Source: an uncultured bacterium (GTDB taxonomy: Bacteria > Gemmatimonadota > Gemmatimonadetes > Gemmatimonadales > Gemmatimonadaceae). From it: a DNA stretch of 52,278 bases. The DNA lies in assembly GCA_963978095.1 (NCBI GenBank), contig CAXBQP010000016.1:1-52278 (forward strand), in the 5' to 3' direction. The notes under the pieces were generated by a model. The model was given only the letters and a program-made list of their open reading frames with translations. It did no database searches and was not told where the DNA came from. The position numbers and the translations under genes were made by a program. This document shows, piece after piece, positions 27,167 to 35,897 of this stretch (within the stretch, counting starts at the first letter, position 1; each line of letters starts with the position of its first letter).

Positions 27167-28591
27167 TCAGCCCATGTACTTGCCGAGGACGAGCAGCGCC
27201 ACGGTGAAGTAGATGATCAATCCGGTGACGTCGACAAGGGTCGCCACGAATGGCGCTGAAGAGCTTGCCGGATCGAAGCCCAAGCGGCGGAGCAGGAAGG
27301 GAAGCATCGATCCGGTGAGCGAGCCGAAGGTCACGATGCCGGTGAGCGCGATGAAGGTGTTGAGCGCCACGAGCAGATACGGCGCCTTGGTGCCGTAGTC
27401 GTAGAAGCCGGCCTTCTGCCAGACGATCACGCGAATGCAGCCGATGATCCCCAGGATCGCGCCGAGCGTCATCCCCGTGGGGAGTTCGCGCAACGCCACG
27501 CGCCACCAGTCGCGGAGTTCGACTTCCTTGAGCGCCATGGCGCGCGTGATGAGCGATGTCGCCTGGGAGCCGGAGTTGCCGCCGCTGCTCATCACGAGCG
27601 GCACGAAGAGCATGAGCACCGGCAGCTTCTGCAGTTCCTGGTCGAAGTACTGCAGCGCGCTGGTGGTGAACATTTCGCTGATCATCAGGATGGAGAGCCA
27701 TCCCGCCCGCTTCTTGAGCATGCCGACGATCCCCATCGACATGTACGGCTCGTCGAGGGCCTCCATACCGCCCATCTTCTGGACGTCCTCGGTCTGCTCC
27801 TCCTGGATGGCGTCGATGACGTCGTCGAAGGTGACCACGCCCAGTACCCGTTCGGAGTCATCCACCACCGGCACGGCGACCAAGTCGTACTCCGAGATCA
27901 CGCGCGCGACTTCTTCGCGGTCGGACGTCGGATGCACGTGGCGTACTTCCGACCAGGCCACATCGCTGACCCGCGCGCCCTCAGGCGCGGCGAGCAACTC
28001 GCGCAGGGAGAGCACCCCGCGGAGGATCCCCCTGTCGTCCACCGCATACACGACGTTCATCGCTTCGCGTCGGCCGCCGCGCGCGATCTCGCGCACGCGT
28101 CGCAATGCGACCTCCACGGTGTCCGTTTCGGGGACCGAGACGAACTCGGTGGTCATCAGTCCGCCGGCACTGTCCGTCGCATACTCGAGCAACTGCTCGG
28201 TGACGCGCCGGTCCGCCTCCGGAAGCGCCTCGACGATGTCCTCGGCGTGCTCCTCGTCGATCTCGTCGAGCGTGTCGACGCGATCGTCCGGCGTCATCTG
28301 CGCGATGAGCTTGGCCGCCTGCTCGGGGCTCATCTCCTCGAGGAGTTCGACCCGCAGCTCCTCGTTCACATACTCGAGGACCGCCGCCGCCCGGTCGGCG
28401 GGGAGCGTGGCGAAGAACGCCGGCAGTTGCGAGCGCGGAATCTTCTCGACGACGTCGGCGAGATCCGCGGGGTGGACTTCCTCGGTTTCGGCCGCGATGG
28501 CGCCGGGCTCGGTCTCGAGAAGATCGAGCAGGTCCGGCGCGAGGAGGGACGCGATTGACGGCTCGTCGCCGTGCGTCTGTCTGGCTTTCAT
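27167..28591 (-). CDS. mgtE: Magnesium transporter MgtE
   Basis: HPADLAD N-domain, tandem CBS (SAGGLMTTEF, VPVVDD), KRAGWL, SSGGNSGSQ, DPASSSAPFVATLVDVTG; SD AGGAGG. Confidence 0.96.
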   Translation of the reverse strand: MKARQTHGDEPSIASLLAPDLLDLLETEPGAIAAETEEVHPADLADVVEKIPRSQLPAFFATLPADRAAAVLEYVNEELRVELLEEMSPEQAAKLIAQMTPDDRVDTLDEIDEEHAEDIVEALPEADRRVTEQLLEYATDSAGGLMTTEFVSVPETDTVEVALRRVREIARGGRREAMNVVYAVDDRGILRGVLSLRELLAAPEGARVSDVAWSEVRHVHPTSDREEVARVISEYDLVAVPVVDDSERVLGVVTFDDVIDAIQEEQTEDVQKMGGMEALDEPYMSMGIVGMLKKRAGWLSILMISEMFTTSALQYFDQELQKLPVLMLFVPLVMSSGGNSGSQATSLITRAMALKEVELRDWWRVALRELPTGMTLGAILGIIGCIRVIVWQKAGFYDYGTKAPYLLVALNTFIALTGIVTFGSLTGSMLPFLLRRLGFDPASSSAPFVATLVDVTGLIIYFTVALLVLGKYMG

Positions 28592-28785
28592 GATCCCTCC
28601 TGTGCGACCGTCTGGTGTTGCGGCGACTGCAAGTGGGCAGTGCGCTGAATCAACGTGCTAATGTTTCACGCGGGAAGGTAACCGTCGGCGATGGTCGATG
28701 ACACCCCTGCGTTCCGTGCCTGGAACGCGGGCGCAATCGCCGCACCGGACCGTGTTCCCACCGTCGGTTTTACCGGTGGAGAGTC

Positions 28786-29031
28786 TTAAAGATCCCCGCG
28801 CGGCTCGAGGAGCGGGAGCGCTGCCGGCAAACGCTCGATCCGACTCAGCTGACAGCCCACCGCCTCGACCGCCGAGCGGAGATCGGCCTCGTCGAGCGCG
28901 GTTCCCTCCACGATCGCCTCCCCCATCTCCACGGTCGCTCGGTGAATGCCGCGCACACCGGTCATCGCCGTGAACACCGCGCGCTTGGCATGCACCGAGA
29001 GCATCCCGTCGATTGTCAGCCGGAGTCGCAT
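28786..29031 (-). CDS. Heavy-metal-associated (HMA/CopZ-like) domain protein lacking the CxxC motif
   Basis: 81 aa: LTIDGMLSVHAKRAVFTAMTGVRGIHRATVEMGEAIVE...LRSAVEAVGCQL, an HMA pattern with GMxCxxC replaced by GMLSVHA; 3' end of the ORF-track frame 28786..30003. Confidence 0.7.
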   Translation of the reverse strand: MRLRLTIDGMLSVHAKRAVFTAMTGVRGIHRATVEMGEAIVEGTALDEADLRSAVEAVGCQLSRIERLPAALPLLEPRGDL

Positions 29032-29163
29032 GTGGGAATGATCGGCGATGCGCCGGCGCTCCGGTAGCGGCATCGCACCGGCGCACTCGAGGGCGCATCG
29101 AGGGGTGGCGCCTGCCGCGCGGCGCGGTGACCTTTCGACAGCACCCTCTCGCCCTCCATCGCC

Positions 29164-30054
29164 ATGACTACCGTCGCCTTCCTCGGCTTGGGCGCCATCG
29201 GAACTCCGATGGCCCGCCATCTCGCCGCCCCTGAGTTCACACTCGCTGTCTGGAACCGGACTTCCGGCAAAGCCGACGCGTTCGGCGCCGAGTTCGGAAG
29301 CCGGGTCGCCACGAGCCCCGCGGATGCCGCGAAGGGCGCCGCGGTCGTCATCACCTGTCTGCCGACGTCCAAGGAAGTGGAGGCACTCCTCGACGGCCCC
29401 GACGGACTGCTGGCCACGATGACGCGGGGCACGGTCCTCGTGGACTGCACCTCCGGAGATCCCGCGAGTTCGCAACGGATCGCCAAGCGCCTGCAGGAGC
29501 ACGGCATCGGGTTTCTCGATGCCCCTGTCAGTGGCGGAGTGGCGGGCGCGGAGATCGGTACGTTGACGGTGATGGTTGGCGGTGACGCCGGACTCCTCGA
29601 GCGCGTGCTGCCGGTCATCGACGCCTTCGGCGAGAAGATCGTGCACTGCGGCCCGATCGGCGCCGGACACGCGGTGAAGGCCGTGAATCAGGCCTTGCTC
29701 TCCCTGCACATCTGGGGACTCGGCGAAGGGTTGCTCGCGCTGAGCAAGGCGGGTGTCGCCCCGGCGGTCGCGCTGGACGTGATCAACGGCTCGAGCGGAC
29801 GGTCGAATGTCTCGCAGAATCTGTTCACGCAGCGCGTGGTCGGACGCTCGTTCCCGAGGACGTTCCGGCTGGCCCTGATGGACAAGGACATCAAGATCGC
29901 CGCCCAGTTGCTGCGCGAGCAGGGGGTCCCGTCGCCGCTCACGCAGATGATGACGGAGCTCACGAGCGCCGCGCATCTCGCGCTCGGCGAGGAGGCGGAT
30001 CACGTGGAGATGGTGAAGTACATCGAACAGATCGCGGGCGCGGAGATCGTCTGA
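29164..30054 (+). CDS. NAD(P)-dependent beta-hydroxyacid dehydrogenase (3-hydroxyisobutyrate DH family)
   Basis: VAFLGLGAIGTPMA, WNRT, FLDAPVSGG, GTLTVMVGG, GAGHAVKAVNQ, FRLALMDKD. Confidence 0.93.
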   Translation: MTTVAFLGLGAIGTPMARHLAAPEFTLAVWNRTSGKADAFGAEFGSRVATSPADAAKGAAVVITCLPTSKEVEALLDGPDGLLATMTRGTVLVDCTSGDPASSQRIAKRLQEHGIGFLDAPVSGGVAGAEIGTLTVMVGGDAGLLERVLPVIDAFGEKIVHCGPIGAGHAVKAVNQALLSLHIWGLGEGLLALSKAGVAPAVALDVINGSSGRSNVSQNLFTQRVVGRSFPRTFRLALMDKDIKIAAQLLREQGVPSPLTQMMTELTSAAHLALGEEADHVEMVKYIEQIAGAEIV

Positions 30055-30056
30055 CC

Positions 30057-31295
30057 ATGGCCGACACCAACGGCACGACGAAATCGCTCGACGACATCCG
30101 CGCGCTCTTTCCCGCGCTCGAGCGCACCCACAACGGGCACCCGGTGGCGTATTTCGACGGACCCGGTGGTACCCAGGTGCCGCTCAGTGTGGTGCAGGCG
30201 ATGGGCGGCTACCTGCTGCACCACAACGCCAATACGCATTGGGTCTATCCAACCAGCGTGGAGACCGATGCACTGCTCGACCAATCCCGCTCGGCGGCCG
30301 CGGATTTCCTGAACGCCACGGTCAGCGAGGTCGCGTTCGGCAACAACATGACGACGCTCACCTTCCATCTGGCGCGCGCGCTTGGCTCCTGGTGGGGACC
30401 GGGGGATGAGGTGGTGATCACGGATCTCGATCACCATGCCAACGTCGCGCCCTGGAAGCGGCTCGAGCGCGAGCGCGGGATCACGGTGCGTCACGTGAAG
30501 GTGAATCTCGCGACCGGACAAGTGGACTTCGACAGTTTGGCCAGCGTTCTGGGGAAGAAAACGAAACTCCTGGCGATCGGGGCCGGCTCCAATGCCTTGG
30601 GCACGATCACCGACGTCCAGCGCGCGGGGGCGATGGCACATGCGGTCGGCGCCCTCGTGTTCGTCGATGCCGTGCACTACGCGCCGCACGCGCTGGTCGA
30701 CGTCCACGCCATGGACTGCGACTTCCTGGGATGCAGTGCGTACAAGTTCTACGGGCCGCACGCGGGGATGCTCTACGGCCGACAGGCGCTCATCGAAGCG
30801 CTCAACGTCCCGCGATTGGATCCGGCCCCGAACTGGTCACCGGAGCGACTCGAGACGGGCACGCAGAATCACGAGGGAATCGTGGGGACCGGGGCGGCCA
30901 TCGATTTTCTGGCGCACCTCAGCCACGGAGCCACGCGCCGCGAGCGTCTCGTGCACAGCTTCGCCGCACTGCATGCGCGCGGTCAGGCTCTGCTGGAGCA
31001 GCTCTGGACCGGGCTCGGTGCGATTCCGGGCGTGACCCTCTATGGTCCAACCCCCGACCAGCCGCGGACCCCGACCGTGGCGTTCACGGTCGAGGGGCAC
31101 AGCTCGGAGGCGGTCGCACGCCATCTGGCGGAGCTCGGCGTGTTCGTGTCGAACGGCGACTTCTACGCCTCGACGATCATCGGCCTGCTCGGCCACGCCG
31201 AGGACGGGGTCGTCCGCGCGGGCTGCTCGTGCTACACCTCGGCGGACGAGGTCCAGCGCCTGATCAGCGGCGTCCAGACGCTGCGGCAGGGGTGA
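30057..31295 (+). CDS. Cysteine desulfurase-like protein (aminotransferase class V)
   Basis: YFDGPGGTQVP, LDHHANVAPW, VFVDAVHYAPH, PLP lysine CSAYKFYGPH, ETGT. Confidence 0.92.
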   Translation: MADTNGTTKSLDDIRALFPALERTHNGHPVAYFDGPGGTQVPLSVVQAMGGYLLHHNANTHWVYPTSVETDALLDQSRSAAADFLNATVSEVAFGNNMTTLTFHLARALGSWWGPGDEVVITDLDHHANVAPWKRLERERGITVRHVKVNLATGQVDFDSLASVLGKKTKLLAIGAGSNALGTITDVQRAGAMAHAVGALVFVDAVHYAPHALVDVHAMDCDFLGCSAYKFYGPHAGMLYGRQALIEALNVPRLDPAPNWSPERLETGTQNHEGIVGTGAAIDFLAHLSHGATRRERLVHSFAALHARGQALLEQLWTGLGAIPGVTLYGPTPDQPRTPTVAFTVEGHSSEAVARHLAELGVFVSNGDFYASTIIGLLGHAEDGVVRAGCSCYTSADEVQRLISGVQTLRQG

Positions 31296-32430
31296 CGTAC
31301 GCTTTCTTCCGCGACACGGTCGTCTTCTCGAGACCGGCGAGGAAGGGTTCGTACTTGGAACCGGGGTGCCAGAGCACCCAGCCGTCGTAGCCGGCGTCAT
31401 AGACCGCGCGCTTCTGTTCGCGGACCTCGTCGGCACCATACGGCGGCTTTCCGAGCGTGAAGGCCTGAAGCCACGGACGGACGCGCTCGCCCGAGAGGCC
31501 GAGTTTGATGTTGCGGTCGTGCGCCTTGGAGATCGCGATGAAGACGGTCTTGTACGGCTCCGCATTCGGGCGCGGGATGTTGAACGAACCCGGCGGATAG
31601 TGCGAGGGGTAGACCATCGGCAACAGCACGTCGGTCACTGGCGCGACCTTCTCCCACTCCTGACCGACTTCGAGCGCCCCGGGCACCGTCGTCACCAGCC
31701 CGAAGATGTCAGCCGTGGTGCGCACACCCAGCTTGGACAATCGCGCGCGCGCGGTGCTCAGGTACTCGGCGAGCGCCGCCGGCTTCGGTTCATTGTTCGA
31801 CCCCGGGAAGACCTGCTGCGGGAGCGATTTGTACGGCTCGGGGAAGCGGATGTAGTCGAACTGCACCTCGCCGAAGCCGAGCTTCACCGCTTCCTCGGCG
31901 ACGCGCAGGTTGTAATCCCACAAATCGCGATTGTACGGGTTCACCCACAGCATCCCCTTCTTGTCGCGCCACGGGGAACCATCGGCCTTCCGGATGTCCC
32001 ATTCCGGATTCACGCGCGCGGTGACCGAGTCCTTGAACACCACGATCCGCGCGACCGCGAGAATCTTGTGGGCCTTGAGCGTGTCGAGCAACGCGCCAAG
32101 GTTCTTGATGACCCCGGCCTTGCCGGCGTTCCGCTGCACCTTCGGATCCTTCGACTCGTAGTTGAGTCCGAACTCATCCTTGATGTCGATGATGAGCGCG
32201 TTGACCTCGGTCTCGTCGGCCATCTGGATGAGCTGTCGCATGCGCTTGGTGCTCTGCGCCGCGAAACGGTTCACATAGAGGCCGCGCACGATCCCGGGGT
32301 CGGCGGCAGCCGCGGCTGCCGCGGGTGCGACCGGGGCAGGGGGCTGTTTGGCCGCGGCGGTCGCGGACTGCGCGGGCGCCTGCGCGAGCGCGGGGGCGGC
32401 GCAGCAAAGGAGCATGAGTGTGTATTTCAC
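31264..32430 (-). CDS. Putative glycoside hydrolase (DUF4015 family), secreted
   Basis: Signal peptide; VRGLYV, NALIIDIKD, ARIVVFKD, WVNPY, GFGEVQFDYIRFP, ADIFG, PMVYPSHY, RPWLQAF. Confidence 0.88.
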   Translation of the reverse strand: MKYTLMLLCCAAPALAQAPAQSATAAAKQPPAPVAPAAAAAAADPGIVRGLYVNRFAAQSTKRMRQLIQMADETEVNALIIDIKDEFGLNYESKDPKVQRNAGKAGVIKNLGALLDTLKAHKILAVARIVVFKDSVTARVNPEWDIRKADGSPWRDKKGMLWVNPYNRDLWDYNLRVAEEAVKLGFGEVQFDYIRFPEPYKSLPQQVFPGSNNEPKPAALAEYLSTARARLSKLGVRTTADIFGLVTTVPGALEVGQEWEKVAPVTDVLLPMVYPSHYPPGSFNIPRPNAEPYKTVFIAISKAHDRNIKLGLSGERVRPWLQAFTLGKPPYGADEVREQKRAVYDAGYDGWVLWHPGSKYEPFLAGLEKTTVSRKKAYVTPAAASGRR

Positions 32431-32448
32431 GGCTGTATATTAGCAGCA
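32430..32448. promoter_or_regulatory. Symmetric bidirectional -10 element driving two leaderless divergent genes
   Basis: TATATT (+, 32436-32441)-N6-ATG 32448 and TAATAT (-, 32442-32437)-N6-GTG 32430; start codons 18 bp apart. Confidence 0.7.
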
Positions 32449-33839
32449 TGGTGCGTGTCTGTTGCACTCCCTCCCTGCGGCGGATTCTTGCCGGGGTCCT
32501 GCTCGTCGCCGCCTGCGGCGGCGACCGCGCCGGCCCGACATTGCCGGCCGATTTCCTGCTCACGACCGCGGACTCCAGCTACTGGGTCACCTCGGGTCCG
32601 ACCGGTGTTCGCGTGCGCAGCGCCCCCATCCTGATCGCGCGCGTCGACGGACGTTTGAGCGAGTTGTACACGACCGATGTGGAGCGCACGTATTTCGACG
32701 CGGTGTTCGTGGGGCAACGTCTCTTCATCCGCGACCTGGTGCGCGGTGATTCCACGGAACTCATGAGCGACACCACGGTGGCGGCCCTCGAGCAGCGCTT
32801 CCGGCGCGAGCATCCCGCCGAGCGGCTGTTGGACGCGGACGAGGACCCGGCCGCCGACCCCTCGATCTCGGCCGCGGCGAGCATCGACATCCTGGACGTC
32901 CATGGACCGTACGTGTCATTCGAATATCACACGGACGTCGATCTGAAGCGCAGCAGACCGGTGGTGGATCGCCATGCGGGTCGCCGTGGGGTGCTGGACG
33001 CCCGGACCCGCCACGCGGTGACCCTCGCGCAGCTCTTTGGCGAGGCACCGTCGGTGCAGGTCGTGCGTGCTGCCACCGAGGAGTGGCGCGCGGCGTCACT
33101 CGTGCTGGCGGAGCACGCGGACTCCGCCGGGCGCCTGGCGGCCGCGTCGATGCGCGGGTTCGCCGTGGATGCGACGAGTTTCTCGCTCGACGCGCGCGAC
33201 GGCAAACCGTTGGTCGTGATGGCCGTTCCCGGTTCGCGTCGAGGGACACCGACCGAGCCCGTGGCGCTCACGCCGCAGCCGGTGGCGATGCCCGCATGGT
33301 GGCGCGACGTCCAACCGACGCTCCCCGCCGGTTCTGATTCGGTACGCCGATGGACCCGAACCTCGCCCCAGGGTACGGCGCACGTCACCGCGCGGAGTAC
33401 CGACCGCGAGCACGCGCGCTTGGTGGTGCGCGACAACAATGCGCGCGAGTGGGATCTCGGGCTGATCACCGCGCCCGTCCAGCACGTGCTCTGGCTCGAT
33501 CACGGCATCACGGCGGAGGATCGGCGCGCGCTCGAACGCGCGTTCGACGCCGCGGCATCATCCGGCGGCTCCACCCAAGTCGCCACGCGAACGCCCCGCA
33601 GCCCCTTCATCCATGCCAACACCCAGCCGTCCGACCCGAACGGTGCGCGAGTCCGCGCACACGAGCTCCGCCCTCATGATGCCGATGGACGAGAACGTCC
33701 TGGGCCACGTGTTCGGCGGCACGATCCTGAGTCTGATCGACAAAACCGCGGCGGTCTGCGCCATGCGCCACGCCCGCGCGTCGGCCGTCACGGTGTCGAT
33801 GGACAAAGTCGATTTCCGCGAACCGATCCGCGTGGGTGA
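32448..33839 (+). CDS. Hypothetical lipoprotein; 3' end overlaps the thioesterase gene
   Basis: Lipobox LVAAC; globular-looking body (DFLLTTADSSYWV, DVHGPYVSFEYH); the last ~75 codons read through 33613..33839 in another frame. Confidence 0.7.
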   Translation: MVRVCCTPSLRRILAGVLLVAACGGDRAGPTLPADFLLTTADSSYWVTSGPTGVRVRSAPILIARVDGRLSELYTTDVERTYFDAVFVGQRLFIRDLVRGDSTELMSDTTVAALEQRFRREHPAERLLDADEDPAADPSISAAASIDILDVHGPYVSFEYHTDVDLKRSRPVVDRHAGRRGVLDARTRHAVTLAQLFGEAPSVQVVRAATEEWRAASLVLAEHADSAGRLAAASMRGFAVDATSFSLDARDGKPLVVMAVPGSRRGTPTEPVALTPQPVAMPAWWRDVQPTLPAGSDSVRRWTRTSPQGTAHVTARSTDREHARLVVRDNNAREWDLGLITAPVQHVLWLDHGITAEDRRALERAFDAAASSGGSTQVATRTPRSPFIHANTQPSDPNGARVRAHELRPHDADGRERPGPRVRRHDPESDRQNRGGLRHAPRPRVGRHGVDGQSRFPRTDPRG

Positions 33840-34095
33840 ACTCGTCCATGTGATGGCCAGTGTGAACTGGACGGGGCGCACCAGCATGGAGATCGGCGTC
33901 CGGGTCGAAGCCGAGAACATCATGACCGGTGTTCGGCGGCACACCAACTCCTGCTACGTCACCTTCGTGGCCATCGACCACAGCGGCACGCCGACGGAGG
34001 TGCCAGCGCTCGTGTGCGAGACGGAGGACGAGCAACGGCGGAACCGTGCCGCTGCAGCGCGGCGAGAGCGCCGGACGGCCGAAACCAGCCACTGA
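33613..34095 (+). CDS. Acyl-CoA thioesterase (hotdog fold, YciA-like)
   Basis: MPMDENVLGHVFGGTILSLID, VTVSMDKVDFREPIRVG, GRTSMEIGV, TFVAID. Confidence 0.93.
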   Translation: MPTPSRPTRTVRESAHTSSALMMPMDENVLGHVFGGTILSLIDKTAAVCAMRHARASAVTVSMDKVDFREPIRVGELVHVMASVNWTGRTSMEIGVRVEAENIMTGVRRHTNSCYVTFVAIDHSGTPTEVPALVCETEDEQRRNRAAAARRERRTAETSH

Positions 34096-34110
34096 GAGCT
34101 GGCGCCGCTC

Positions 34111-34911
34111 TTATCCCCGGCGCTGCGCGAACACGGCCCAGCACCCGTTGTTGGCCACGTGCTTCGTGCATCGATATCCGACGTCCTCGAGGTACGCGAT
34201 CAGCGCGGTGACGTTCCGTCCCTCGCCGGGCAGGTCGTGCACTTCCAGGAAAATCGCGCGCACGCCCCGCCACAGTTCGCGGGGCGACTCGTAGATGATC
34301 GGGTATTCGCTCCCTTCGCAATCGAGCTTCAGGAGGTCGACCGTGTCGAGCCCCTGCGTGCGCATGAGATCCGCCAGCGAGATCGCCGGCACGCGAACGC
34401 TCCGCGTGTTGTGCGCATCGAACTCCCGCAGCACGCTCGCGGTCACGGAGTTCGCTTCGGCCTCGGCGAAAATCTCGATGCTCTCGACCGGCGTCCCCGT
34501 GACGGCGGCGTGATGCACGTGCACCTGCTCCGCGAGTCCGGCGTTCCGCGCGACGTTCGCCGTGTACAGCGCGAAGTTCTCCGGCATCGCCTCGTAAGCG
34601 TGGATCGTGGCGCCCGGGACGCGAGACAGGAGCATCATGGCGAAATAACCGGCGTTCCCGCCCACATCGATCACGACGGGGGCCGTGGGGAGTGCGCCCG
34701 CCAACTGCCGAATGTCGTAGAAATCGGACAGGAAGATTTCCTTGAACACCAGGTACAGCCCCTTGCTCGACACTTCGAAGCTGAGGGGGCGCCCCTTCGT
34801 GGTGATCGTGAGCGGGGCGAACGGTCGCTGCCGTTTCTCGCGGAAGTATTCGCCCCAGTTCTCGACGAACGTGAACAGGTTGCGGTAGCGGGCCAGCGTT
34901 CCGGTGTTCAT
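34111..34911 (-). CDS. FkbM-family SAM-dependent methyltransferase
   Basis: VIDVGGNAGYF, HAYEA, DLLKLDCEGSEY, LEVH; ATGA overlap with rnz. Confidence 0.9.
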   Translation of the reverse strand: MNTGTLARYRNLFTFVENWGEYFREKRQRPFAPLTITTKGRPLSFEVSSKGLYLVFKEIFLSDFYDIRQLAGALPTAPVVIDVGGNAGYFAMMLLSRVPGATIHAYEAMPENFALYTANVARNAGLAEQVHVHHAAVTGTPVESIEIFAEAEANSVTASVLREFDAHNTRSVRVPAISLADLMRTQGLDTVDLLKLDCEGSEYPIIYESPRELWRGVRAIFLEVHDLPGEGRNVTALIAYLEDVGYRCTKHVANNGCWAVFAQRRG

Positions 34912-35864
34912 GCGTTCCCCGGGGCAGAGGCGTCGAGTGGGTCAGCATCAGCGAACGGGACATCCAGGATCATCCCGTCGCGCGCACACTGGGTCGCGCT
35001 GAACCGCTCGCGCGCTTCGCGTGCGAGATCGGACGGATCATTCGAATAGCGCGCCGAAAAATGCGTGAGGACCAGTCGACGTGCCCCGGCCCGTGCCGCG
35101 ACATCCGCGGCTTCCCTCGCGGTGCTGTGGCCGGTCTCCACCGCGCGCGCCGCTTCGTCGTCGCCGAATGTGGCCTCGTGCACGATCACATCGGCACCGG
35201 TGCTCGCCGCCACGGTCGCATCGCAGGGCCGTGTGTCCCCGGTGATGACGACGCGGCGCCCAACGCGCGTCGGGCCGACCAGGACCGATGACTCCACCAC
35301 CCGTCCATCCTCGAGCGTGATGCGCTCCCCCCGGTGGATCTTCCCCCAGAGCGGTCCCTCAGGGATCCCCATCGAGCGGGCGAGCTCGGGGTCGAAGCGA
35401 CCCCGACGTTCCTCTTCGATCAACGCCCACCCCACCGCGAGCTGATGGCGATGGTTCACCGGGAAGGGCAGCATCACATAACCGTCACGCTTCACCGGCT
35501 CACCCGGGGTGATCTCGGTCAGCTCGAGCGGGAACGACAACCGCTCGCTGCCGAGCCCGTCGGTCTTCTTGAGCAGCGCGTTCAAGCCCTTGGGCCCCCA
35601 CAGACGCAACGGTTCCGTTCGTGCCTGCAACGTCAACGTGCGGAGCAAGCCCAGGAAGCCGAGGTAATGATCGGTGTGGAAGTGCGTGAAGAAGATGTCG
35701 CCGAGCGCGAACGACACCCCGTAGCGCATCATCTGGCGTTGCGTCCCCTCGCCACAATCCACGAGCATCGTCTCCCCGTCGCGGACGATGGCCACGGCGG
35801 AAACGCCGCGCTCGATCGTCGGGCGCGAGGCGGAGGTGCCGAGGAATTGGACGGAGAGGGTCAC
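34908..35864 (-). CDS. rnz: Ribonuclease Z
   Basis: FLGTSASRPT, DCGEGTQRQ, THFHTDH, exosite GIPEGPLWGK, GDTRP, HEATF, GHST, LTHFSARY. Confidence 0.96.
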   Translation of the reverse strand: MTLSVQFLGTSASRPTIERGVSAVAIVRDGETMLVDCGEGTQRQMMRYGVSFALGDIFFTHFHTDHYLGFLGLLRTLTLQARTEPLRLWGPKGLNALLKKTDGLGSERLSFPLELTEITPGEPVKRDGYVMLPFPVNHRHQLAVGWALIEEERRGRFDPELARSMGIPEGPLWGKIHRGERITLEDGRVVESSVLVGPTRVGRRVVITGDTRPCDATVAASTGADVIVHEATFGDDEAARAVETGHSTAREAADVAARAGARRLVLTHFSARYSNDPSDLAREARERFSATQCARDGMILDVPFADADPLDASAPGNA

Positions 35865-35897
35865 GGCAGAAAGATACTCGGCGGCTGCCGATTCGTC

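Noticed and set aside
28592..28785. M-box (ykoK) riboswitch upstream of mgtE
   Set aside because: The conserved M-box 5' sequence (TAGGTGAGGCT-like) is not present on the coding strand
28786..30003. 405-aa minus-strand ORF as a single gene
   Set aside because: Most of it is antisense to the dehydrogenase; only the last 81 codons look like a real protein
31264..31295. 32-nt convergent overlap as a regulatory feature
   Set aside because: Short tail-to-tail overlaps are common in high-GC genomes; no further signal
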